From Eledone cirrhosa (lineage: Eukaryota), in NCBI GenBank assembly GCA_964016885.1, contig OZ024741.1:35588001-35652000 (forward strand): a DNA stretch of 64,000 nt, written 5' to 3'. This document shows, piece by piece, positions 13,065-24,029 of this stretch. Position numbers and translations under genes: made by a program. Numbering within the stretch: the first letter of the stretch is position 1; each line of letters begins with the position of its first letter. The notes below the pieces were generated by a model, which was given only the letters and a program-made list of their open reading frames with translations, did no database searches and was not told the origin of the DNA.

Positions 13065-13095
13065 TGGATATATATTATATATATATATAGGTGGT

Positions 13096-13189
13096 GTCCA
13101 GCAGAAGCAAGGGGGACAACCGTCTATGCATTTCAGGCTTGACTGACCTTCATCAGGACAGTCCCTCCCACTGCTTGCAACTGCTGGAC
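13096..13189 (-). ncRNA. Minimal type I hammerhead ribozyme (HHR-B) with long stem I
   Basis: Minus strand reads ACTGTC-CTGATGA-AGGT cagtcaa GCCT-GAAA-TGCA-TA/GACGGT; stem I extends through GGGAC/GTCCC, GCAA/TTGC and GTCCAGCAG/CTGCTGGAC. Confidence 0.82.
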
Positions 13190-13281
13190 TTGAAAATAGT
13201 CGAGAACATATAGTTTTCTCGTCTGTGTAAATGAGGTGATTAATCTCATTTGCATATGAAGCTGCATAAGTTGGCTCAACT

Positions 13282-13643
13282 TATATATATTTATGTGTGT
13301 GTTAAGTAATTCCAAAGACAAAGCAAAGGAAAAAAGAGTGCTCTATGTATAGAACAGAGCTATTTAATTAAAAAGTGAACAACACAAAATATAACTACTC
13401 CATTACCAAAGGTTTCTGGATCCCAGACAATATTGATATACGTCTGGATCCAGACGTATATCAACATTGTCTGGGATCCAGACGTATATCAACATAGTCT
13501 GGGATCCAGAAACCTTTGGTAATGGAGTAGTTATATTTTGTGTTGTTCACTTTTTAATTAAATAGCTCTGTTCTATACATAGAGCACTCTTTTTTCCTTT
13601 GCTTTGTCTTTGGAATTACTTAACACACACATAAATATATATA
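13282..13643. repeat. ~360 bp near-perfect spacerless palindrome (foldback) in TA repeats
   Basis: Arms are reverse complements around GGATCC at 13446-13451; the right arm has a 28-bp tandem duplication (acgtatatcaacat[t/a]gtctgggatccag). Confidence 0.95.
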
Positions 13644-14043
13644 TATTGCACTTCAGGCTATTTATTTTAATATTTTCATTAAAAAAAAGAGGATATTTTC
13701 AATAAGATGGCATTGCCCAGAGAATTAAACACTCAGTTGGTGGCCAACTTATTGAATGAGAATGGTGGTAATTCTGTGCTAGAACTTACTATTCCAAACA
13801 CACTGTTTATATAATTCTTTATTGAAACAACAGGATTTTATTTTTACCCAAATGACAAAAGTAAAACATAAAAGAAATGAATTCTGTATTATTTCTTGAA
13901 AAACTAACAAAAGTAAATTACGACCAAAATTATGAAACTTTAAAATCTTTATATAACATGAAAAAAAAAACAATTCACACAACATTTCACGATTTCTAAA
14001 CTTCTTTCTCCACATGTTCATATGACATGAACAAAGCATTGCT

Positions 14044-16141
14044 TGTGTATGTGTATGTTTTTCTCTATGTACGTCACATGTGTGTGTATGTGTATCTTTT
14101 TCTCTATGTATGTTACATGTGTATGTATGTTTTTCTCTATGTACATCACATGTGTGTGCGCGTGTATGTGTACGTTTTTCTCTATGTACATTATGTATGT
14201 GTGTGTGTATGTGTATGTTTTTCTCTATGTACATCATGTGTGTGTATGTGTATGTTTTTCTCTATGTACATCATGTGCGTGTATGTGTATGTTTTTCTCT
14301 ATGTACATCATGTGTGTGTATGTGAATGTTTTTCTCTATGTACATCATATGTGTGCGTGTGTATGTTTTTCTCTATGTACATCACATATGTGTGTGTATC
14401 ATCATCATCATCATCACCGTTTTACGTCCGTTCTTCCACGCTAGCATGGGTTAGACGGGTTGTCCTGTTGTGGGCAGTGTCTGGTCGGCTGACCATGCCT
14501 TGCTCATACAGGAACTGATCTGGCTTGATTTCTACAGCTGGATGCCCTTCCTAACACCAACCTCATTTACAGTGAGTGCTGGGTGCTTTTTCGTGGCGCC
14601 TACACGTCCACTTTACAGTGTGGGCTGGGTGCTTTTTTGCCGTGGCACCTCCACGACCACCTTGCGGTGGGGGGGGGGCATATTGTTTATATGCTTCAGC
14701 ATGTACCCATGGGAGGTCGGGTACCCTATATTACTGCGTGACGCCAGAAGTCACGGTCGTGTGTCATTGACTTTGAGAGGTGTAGTTGGGTAAGGTCGGC
14801 TTTTATCACCTCATCCCAAGTCATCTTGGGTCTCCCCACTCCGCGGTTTCCATCAACTTCTAGTGCTCTGCACCTTTTTATGCAGCTGTCATCCTTCATA
14901 CGCATCACATGTCCATACCAGCGTAACCGCCTCTCCTGCACGCAGCATTTGATTCCTCTTATGCTCAGTCTCTCTCTCAATTCCTTTATGCTTTGTCGTT
15001 CACGTATATTACTGTTACACATCCATCGGAGCATGCAGGCTTCGTTTCTCTCTAATCTACGTAAGTCTTCCACCTTCAGCGCCCAGGTCTCACTACCATG
15101 CAACATCGCTGTTCGGATACACGCATCATACAGTCTGCCTTTCATTCTGAGGGAGAAGCCTTTTGCAGCTAGCAGTGGTAGTAGTTCCCTAAACTTCTTC
15201 CATCCCGTTCTTACCCTAGTTATTGTACTTTCTGAGCACCCACCTCCGTTGCTAATTCGGTCACCTAGGTAGCAGAAGCTGTCTACTGTTTCTACAGGGC
15301 CCTCCCAGAGATTGGTGGTACTTGTTTCCTGTGGCTGTTTGCTTGCTGTTTCAGCACAGCTGCTGCATGTGAATCCTACATTCTTAATTAAGCTTCCTGA
15401 GATCCCGCTACATCTCTTGTGTACCCATTGTTTGCATTTGGGGCAAAGAATGGAGTTCCTACCTACACCTTTCCTACATACTGAGCAAGGCCATTTCCCT
15501 GAGGGGATCTGGGTTCTGTTTTCTCGTCTACTTATAAGGACCTTAGTCTTTGTCATGTTGACTTTGAGGCCCTTTCTCTCTAGTCCCTGCTTCCAGGTTT
15601 GGAATTTATTCTCTAGTTCTACCATAGATTCAGCTATGAGTGCGAGGTCATCAGCATACAGGAGTTCCCATGGGCATCCGGTCTTAAACTCCTCCGTTAT
15701 TGCCTGCAGGACTATGATGAACAGGAGAGGGCTAAGAACAGAGCCCTGGTGGACCCCAACCTGTACGCTAAATTCCTCGCTATACTCATTGCCAATCCTA
15801 ACTTTGCTGACTGCTCCCCTATACATGGCTTGTACCGCTTTCACAAGCCATTCATCTACTCCTAGTTTTCTAAGAGCCCACCAGATTACTGTGTATGTGT
15901 ATGTTTTTCTCTATGTACGTCACATGCGTGTGTGTATGTGTATGTTTTTCTCTATGTTTGTTGCGTGTGTGTTTTCTCTATGTACGTCACATGTGTATGC
16001 GTATATTTTTCACTATGTACGCCACATGTGTGTGTGTGTGTTTTTCTCTATGTACATCATATGTGTGTGTATGTATGTGTATGTCTTTCTCTATGTACGT
16101 CACGTGTGTGTATGTGTGTATGTTTTTCTCTATGTACGTCA
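14044..16141. repeat. ~30-40 bp minisatellite (tgtatgtttttctctatgtacatca(tg)n) split by the RTE insertion
   Basis: Same unit at 14044-14398 and 15890-16141. Confidence 0.92.
14399..15889 (-). mobile_element. 5'-truncated RTE-clade LINE with uninterrupted RT C-terminal ORF, PHD-like finger, long 3' UTR and (ATG)n tail
   Basis: ORF 14726-15844: GVHQGSVLSPLLF, LYADDL, CSVC..CPKC..HKRC..CSSC, YLG, RLRWYGHVMR, RGVGRPKMTW; inserted into a minisatellite. Confidence 0.93.
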
Positions 16142-19100
16142 TTTTATCTTGCAAATATGTCTTTGTATTGCATTGTAATATGTGTCTGTATGTTTTATCT
16201 GTTGTGCTTGTACATGTCCTTTCACTAGCAAATATGTTTTCTTTAGTTTTGTCTGCATATTTATGTGTGTGTGTGTGTGCACATTTGGCATGTCTTGTCT
16301 ATGTATCTAAGTCTTGAATTTGTACATGTGTGTATGTTTTCATCATCATCATCATCATTTAATGTCTATCTTCCACGCTAGCATGGGTTAGACGGGAATT
16401 GTCCCACTTGAGGCAAGATTGGTCGGGTGACCATGTCTCCTTCATATAGGACTATCTGGCAGGTTTTTTACAGCTGGATGCCCTTCCTAACACCAACCAC
16501 ATTTACAGTGTGGACTGGGAGCTTTTTACCGTGACACCTACACGGCCACATTACAGCGTGGGCTGTGTGTTTTTTGTTGTGACACCTACATGACCTCATT
16601 AGTTTGGACTGGATGTTGTGGTCCCAACATAACTTTATAGAGAAAGGGTGGTGTTGGTGGGAGTGGGAGGATGGGGTAGGGGTAGTGGTATATATGACTT
16701 TTCCATATTGACAAAATAAGGAACAACATTGTTTAGATTTAACAGTTCCAGGGACCTAAAATATACTGGAAATTATTTGAGGTAAAAAACTTGTTTAAGA
16801 GTGCATTATTGAAACATTTTTGCAGTACAATGGACTGTTTTCACTAAATTTGTGGTACACACAAACAGTAATATAGATTGCCAATTTTAATAGTATACGT
16901 ATATATGTATGACCCTGTAACTCCTGATGGAGTCAGAGAGATGCCGTAGGGACTTATATCTTTTGTATTTTAAACCTGGCAAAGCCTATCCCTCTCCATG
17001 TCTGAACATAGCAGATTTCTTCCAGAGAAGAGAGAGAGAAAATGAGAGAGGGAGTGAGAAAGGAATGTAGAGGGAGAATCAACCCCAGTACTGGACTGGT
17101 CCATTTTTTTTTATCAACCTTGAAAGGTAGAAAGTCAAAATTGATACAGACGGGATTTGAACTCAGAGCACAGACAGTCAGAACAAATACAACAGAGCAT
17201 TCTTTCTGATATTCTTATGACTGTGAATTTGCTGGCTTTTAATAGACTCTATAGATTTGTTAAAGATAGTTAATATCAGGGCTGTCTTAGCAGCATACCT
17301 AATACCCCGAGAGAAGGAATCTATTAGAGCCAGACTTTCACAGAAATTTTTGCGGGGGAAAAAATTCCACAAAGATGATGAAAATGGTGGGGAATAGCAG
17401 GTGACTTTGTCTATGATATGTAGGTATTTCAAACATATCAGTTAGCTGAAGCTCCATGAACTCAGCACACGCAATATTATTATGTAGCACCTCTATAATT
17501 TACACTGTCATGAGATTTATACCTATAGCTATCACCATCATCTATAAAGCAGGAGTAACATTTTGGACAAGAGTTTTCTTCTAAAGCTTCAGGTTAACCA
17601 GTGCCTTGTGAGTGAAATCTAGTAAATAGAAACTATACTGCAGCCTGTTGTATATATGTGTCTGTAGTTACATTGCTCTTTGTTTATATATCCCATAACT
17701 TACAAGGGTAGACTGAGAATTGAAATGAGATGACTGAGTCAAGCATTGAGACCGGGCTGATGGGAATAGAGCTAGTGATGAATGTTGCTATTGCAAAGAG
17801 AAATGGAATGAAATGGCTGGGTCATGTGTTGAAGGATGAAAGTGATTTGGTGAGAGGGGTGAGAAGAGTGATGGGAAATAAATGTGGAAGGAAGTAGAAG
17901 ACAAAGAAAAACTTGGCTAAAAATGGAGGAGGAAATAAAAGCCAGGGGATTGGTGAGGGTTGTAGAGTATAGGGAAAAGTGGAGAAGCTTTTTATGAGGA
18001 CCTCACAAAAGGTTAACCCTTGTTCTAGCAGGGAGAATGGCTTTAAAATATTTGTTGTTTTTATTACCTTTTCTATTTCTTCGTTACTTCTGCATAAATA
18101 TCCACATATCATCATAACAACAAAATTATAATCCTACTGGATGGCTCTGAAGTAGAACATGTCCCTGTATATTACCAAATAGACCAGAAAACATTAAAAA
18201 AACAGGCTCAATAGCATCTACAACAGTGATTCCCCAAGTAACTGCTACTGCACCTCCAGCCCTACTTCGGGGACTCTTCGAAAATCAAGATGAGCACTGG
18301 ATAGCAAGGGGTTGCTTAAAGGGACCATTGGAACGTAAGGAGTGGTGAAGGTGAAGGAAAAGAGGCAAAGAATACAAATTTGTAGTAGTTTGTAAAACTC
18401 ATCTTTATTCAATAAATGCTTAAATAAAATCTTTTAACATTTTAATTTTTAATATAATTTTTTTTATCAACTTTACAGTAGAAGTGATGATGTACTGATG
18501 ACCTATATTCTCTAAAACCAATTTGAGAAACTGGTCTACAACAATTAGAAGAATAAAAAACATGAACATGCAGGATACCAACCAGCAAATCAAAATTAGG
18601 TTGTACAATGCCCTTATTTTTCTAATTACAACCTTCATCCTGGAAACATGGACTCTAAAATCTAAAAACACACAGACTAGAAGTTTTTGAAATGTGATGT
18701 TTACAGCCTATACTAGGGAGATTGGGAGATGACAGGTGTAAAAATACTCCTAAGACATATACTGTTACTGAGGTAAGGAAGAGGAGAAGGAGGCTATAAT
18801 GGTTTAACCACGTGATAAGAAGGCCACCTAATAAGTACATAGTACTGGTGTTTTGCTAAAACTTCTGAAACCCTAGACGTTGTAGACAGCCTAACAGGAG
18901 ACACTCTCAGATCTGTGAAAATACATTGGTCCTGGAATGGCTGGGGATCCATGTAGAATGATACCTGAGATGATACTATCCATATAATGCACCAAAATTT
19001 GGGTGATTCCTAGTGGATAACTGATGTAAAAAAAAAAAAAAAAGGATGTTTCTGTTTGTCTGTTTTGCTTCAATTTTTCAGTCTGTTGTTCTTATCTGTG

Positions 19101-20134
19101 CTCAGATTTTGACGCGTGCATTGGGTATATACATGTACACATAAACACATGTTAGAATGGGTGGGATGATTCTGTAAAGTCAGACATTGCACAGGGGTTG
19201 TCGGAGAAAGTGATTCACTTTACAAAACCTAGTTTTCTACGAACTCCAAGGTGAGAGACTGATATTTATTTTAAGCAATGTGGCAAGAAGTTACAATATC
19301 TACATCAAGGTTACAACTTGTAAACATTTAACCATTTATTTCCATTGAGAAGCATGATTAATGTCCACAGCTACACTATGGTGCCCTATATGCTTTGTAT
19401 GTTCCTGAGAGCACCTTAGGAATATTGGTAGTCAGAGAGATATTATCTGACCTGTCAGTCAGAACTGTTGATTTATACACACAAGTCAACAACTTGACAT
19501 TTATTACTAAAAAAAGACAATTGTCATTTAAAAAAAGGACAAAAAAAAAACCCCCTCAGAAATTCAAATGAGAACAATAAGTTAAAAAGAACTTTGATAA
19601 AAAGAAAAAAAAACAGATAAAAATATGAATAAATACACTAAAAGACATTCATTTGTCCATAAAATGTCAATTTAGTAAATGCAAAACTCCTTCATACTTG
19701 CCAAAAAAATAAAATTAAATTAAAATAATGTTAGTCTGTGACTAATATTGTTTTTTTTATCAGCAGATAATTATTTTCAATTATCTGCCACTTCCACGTT
19801 TTAGTCTTTTAATGCTCCCTGCATTAAAATATATTAACACTAAATTATTTAACTTGTAAATGTGAAACCTATCTGCAGTACTGGATTTACTTAAGGGCTA
19901 AGAGATCCTGTCTCATTTCAGATATATATTAAAATATAGCTATGAAACAACATTTTTGTCAAAATTTGAGTATTATAATTGTTATTAAATATATTTCCTT
20001 AACTTTTTGTGTAACCTCTGTTTTAGAGATTTGGTATGGACTGATGCTGGAATCTCAGCATCATTTTAAGTGTACACTTACATTCATGTACTTTTAATTG
20101 TCATAAAGTTTCTTGTGCGCTGCTAGGAGCCCTG

Positions 20135-20314
20135 AGTATTCTTTAACCCAGAGCCCTTAGTTGCTTTAAACCAGAGCCTCAAATATTCTTTAACCCAGAG
20201 CCTTTAGTTGCTTTAAACCAGAGCCTCAAATATTCTTTAACCCAGAGCCTTTAGTTGCTTTAAACCAGAGCCTCAAATATTCTTTAACCCAGAGCCTTTA
20301 GTTGCTTTAATCCA
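20135..20314. repeat. 47-bp tandem repeat, ~4 copies, itself a dimer of ccagagcct..ctttaa subunits
   Basis: ccagagcctcaaatattctttaacccagagcctttagttgctttaaa. Confidence 0.92.
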
Positions 20315-20790
20315 GTCCTGCCTCTTTGTAGACATGGTTTCTACACATATACAAGTAATATTATCTCAGTTAAATATGGAGATGAGAATTGTTTTTGCTT
20401 TGTTGTTGTTGTTTATGGTTTTCTAATTAGTATTTTTTTCTTTTTTCACAAATGTTTACACAGGATTAGAGGTGCTTGTTTTCTCTTTACTTTACGTTTT
20501 TGACTGTCGTATATATAACAGGCAACCGTCGATAATTAAAAAGAGTGTCTCTTAAAACAGAGTGCCATATGTGCCAAACATATATGGCACAGAATTTGAC
20601 TGTCAGTTTGAGCAGATGAAGTCTTCTAGTTCTTGGTGAGAAAAACCACAAGAAACTTAGAGCAGATGTTGGAAGGATGAAATCAAACTTTTTAGTCCTG
20701 TCTTTTTTTGTTTTGTTTGGTTTGAATTTTGTTATAAATATATCCATTTTATCCTTTTTCTATTCCATTATTTTCCTATGGCTTGAACTT

Positions 20791-20880
20791 TCATGATTGA
20801 TTCTCTTTTATATTTTGTTCAATTTCTTCGGATTGTCTTTCATAGAATAAGAGTGCTGTTTCAGCTGTTCTTAATAAGGT
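20791..20880 (-). CDS. PDE9: PDE9-like terminal coding exon to TGA stop
   Basis: Strong pyrimidine tract ttcatttttctcag; phase 0 reading TLLRTAETALLFYERQSEEIEQNIKENQS*; position fits the last helix of the catalytic domain. Confidence 0.75.
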   Translation of the reverse strand, partial: TLLRTAETALLFYERQSEEIEQNIKENQS

Positions 20881-21261
20881 CTGAGAAAAATGAAGAAAGA
20901 AAAAAAGTAAAACTGTTAAAATTTATCTAAAGAGATAACAATAAATATATAGAAATTGACTAAGAATTTACATATAATTTAGTGTTATAAAGACATGAGG
21001 TTGAATCCATTTGAATAATATATCTTACATTATCACATGGATGTTTATGTAGGTGTGGCACGCCGCATATATTCTAGCCATTAGAAAAAACAATATGAAT
21101 GTTTCACCTTTGGAAAAGGGATGACTCAAGAAGAATATAGGGGCGGGGGGGGGGGGGGGGTACTATAATCTTTTGAGGGCTTAAGGTCTTAAAAGGATTC
21201 AATCTGGCCCTGACAAAACTATGTTATGAGTATGGCTGAGATATTTAATCATCATTATTAT

Positions 21262-21450
21262 TGGATTGGCAGTATCGGTAGAGAGTCGGACACCATGCTT
21301 TGAAACATAGAGTTACGTCCCTTTATGATCTGAGTTCAAATCCCGCTGAGGTTAACTTTGCCTTTCATCCTGACGGGGTCGATAAAATAAAGTACCAGTA
21401 ATGTACTGGGTAATTTCTGGCCTTGTGCCTAAAAATAGAAACAATTATTA
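21262..21450 (+). mobile_element. tRNA-derived SINE
   Basis: A-box-like tggcagtatcgg, B-box gagttcaaatccc, conserved body gcctttcatcc..ggggtcgataaaataaagtaccag, (ATT)n tail; other copies at about 173-290(+), 3105-3250(+), 7503-7680(-), 8495-8700(-), 9328-9520(-), 17080-17180(-), 36970-37157(-). Confidence 0.85.
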
Positions 21451-21598
21451 TTGGATTGGCAATCCACTGCCAATCCAATAATAATTGTTTCTACTTTAGG
21501 CACAAGGCCAGCAATTACCCAGTGTATTACTGGTACTTTATTTTATCGACCCCGTCAGGATGAAAGGCAAAGTTAACCTCGGCGGGATTTGAACTCAG
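21330..21598. repeat. SINE-derived inverted repeat with ~130-bp arms and a very short spacer
   Basis: 21330-21460 is the reverse complement of 21469-21598 with few mismatches. Confidence 0.92.
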
Positions 21599-22177
21599 GT
21601 CCCTTTACGTATCAGCCACTCAGGGGTCAATACCTTCCCCCAAAATTGCAGGCCTTGTGCCTAAATCAGAAACCATTATTATTAGCAATGGCAGTACTTT
21701 AAAAGCAATAAATATTTTTATCAGATTTCAGTATTGTCGAGTTCAAATCTCAAGTAGCTCCATCCTCTGTTGTTGAACTGTTGTTAGATACAACTTTTCT
21801 GTCTTTTAACTGTTCTTTAAAAGACATTTCAAATACTTTAATCTCCATTTGTCATTAACTGTCATGTTGTATGATGATGGTGATGATAATCCTTACAGTA
21901 GATGATGGTGACTATGATGAAGGTGATAATAGTGGTCATGATGATGATGATGTTTGATGGTGAATATGGTGGTTAATGATGATTGATGATGATGATGGTG
22001 GTGGTGACAATAACAATGATAATATTGAAGGTGACAAAGTTGGTTGCTGATGATGTGTCATAGTTCAGACAGTTTATATTGTATACAAATAGCATTCAAA
22101 ATCTCTCAATAAAAATGACTATAAAAAATGAAACAGGTATCATAAACTAAAGAAGTACAAAATTTTGGTCAACTTAC

Positions 22178-22324
22178 TACTGCTTTAGGGAAACACTGGC
22201 AGAGGGCCTTGAGCAAAGGTATCAAAATATTACTTATAAAGTAAACCTGAGATTTAGATTTCACATGAGTGTCTCTGTCCATGAAACTGGTCACAGGCAA
22301 CCCTTCAAGTTTTTCAGTGTCACT
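22178..22324 (-). CDS. PDE9: PDE9-like exon (invariant Gln and clamp Phe region)
   Basis: ttacag acceptor and GTAAGT donor; 147 nt, phase 0-0; SDTEKLEGLPVTSFMDRDTHVKSKSQVYFISNILIPLLKALCQCFPKAV. Confidence 0.94.
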
Positions 22325-23600
22325 CTGTAAAATAAAAAAATTAAAAGAATTAAAATTTACATTTTTCAAATAAACAATAACAAAACAAGCATTTTAACCC
22401 ACATATTTCTAATGAAAAACACTGATTATGATTTTCAAATAATTTTCAAAATAATCAAGAATTTTTAGGGATTTAGCAATATAACTAATTTTCTCATTTT
22501 CTGGTGTTTGAAACATAACTTAACAAAGGTGCTTATATAAAATAATGGCTAAATGTTTTCAGATACACCAGCATGGAGGAATGCACCTTAAATGAGATGA
22601 TGGTGGTGATGATAAACATTTTAACCCTTTTGTTACCATTCTAATGAAAGATTACCTATAATTTGCAGATAATTTTGAATTTAGAGGGATTTAGTAGTAT
22701 ACTTAATTTTCTCATTATTCATGTAAGAACATAAAGGTTCTTACATAAAATTATGCTGAAAGGTTTTTAGATAAATATAAACACTTTAAAATAAACAGTT
22801 TTGTATTGTAGAACCAGGGATGGTTTCTGGTGGTATGGTATCAAAGCGGTAGAACATAGTTCACCTACATCATAGGAAATCTCATAAGCTGATCTTCTCC
22901 AGAATGTGATATAGCTGTGGTCATTAAGCGTCCAGCCCAACTCTACTCTATTACCAGAAAATGTCCTGACGTGACCTCTACACACAAAGCAGAAAATCAC
23001 ATGACCTTCTTCCCTAGAGATCGTTGATGAAGAGAAGGAGAAAGCCTCCAATGCTATTGCTGCTTTCTGCCTTCCCTGCCATGACCTCACAGTTACCTGT
23101 CACTTTTGGCATAGCCCTCAAGCCCCATGACATCACTGACCCCTACACTTCTGGCTATTTCCCCTACTAAAGCAAATAAACCTTGTGGGGCCCTGTAACA
23201 GGCATAATCATGGAGTCCTTTTTGACACAATGTTTTACCGCCAGATGTCCTTCTTGATGCCAACACTTTTAGCTGCCATCTCTTTGGTTACAGGGATACA
23301 TTGTACCTATTCTAAACCGAATACACAAAATATACACAGCAAACCAACACCAACAACACCACCACTGCCAACACTGATGACATCACAAACACCAACACCC
23401 TGACCAACAACACCAACACCCTGATCAACAACACTACCAACATGACCAATAATCTCATTATCACTACCAACACCACCAACACCCCCACTCCCAACTACAA
23501 CGCCGCAACCAACTACAACACCACTACAACACCACCATTAACAACAACAACACCCTCAGCTCTATTATAAAAGGTCAATATTTAGAGGTTGAGAACTGAC

Positions 23601-23705
23601 CTGTGCAAAGAACTCATTTAGCAGACAATCCAGCCATACCTCAGCCACTGTAGTAGGTCGGAGTTCATTAGAAACATCTGCAACTTTTATAAGCACTGCC
23701 ATTAA
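23601..23705 (-). CDS. PDE9: PDE9-like exon (K.AD.SNE.RP motif); absent from the supplied ORF track
   Basis: ttttgtag acceptor and GTCAGT donor; 105 nt, phase 0-0; hand translation [35 protein letters not shown]. Confidence 0.95.
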
Positions 23706-24029
23706 CTACAAAATAGAGAGGAGAAAACGTCAAATAGAATTCTTGTCATATTTTACAAAACATTTGTAGAAGTAAAACAAACAGAAAGTAAAACTAGTAA
23801 AAAGTAATCCCTTGGCAGAGGTTTGGCTGTGTGGCCAAGGAGTTGGCTTCACAACCACATCGTTTGAGTTAGGTCCCATTGTGTGGTACCTTGGACAAGT
23901 GTAAAATTTGGTAGACAGAAGCAGATTCATTATCATCATTTAATGTCCACTTAAAGACAAAAGACAAGCATAGAAGGATTGGGAAAATGGGGGAAGTAGA
24001 GACTGATACTCAGTCACTAAAAGAGCAGC

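Noticed and set aside
14826-16178. Plus-strand ORFs of 148 and 288 aa
   Set aside because: Antisense shadows of the RTE ORF plus minisatellite
19082-19250. In-frame TAG at 19153 that might be recoded to TGG by RNA editing
   Set aside because: The exon and frame are unproven and there is no homology support; too speculative without RNA data
21262-21350. tRNA gene
   Set aside because: A/B-box-like sequence continues into a multi-copy body and (ATT)n tail, so it is a SINE head; no full cloverleaf seen
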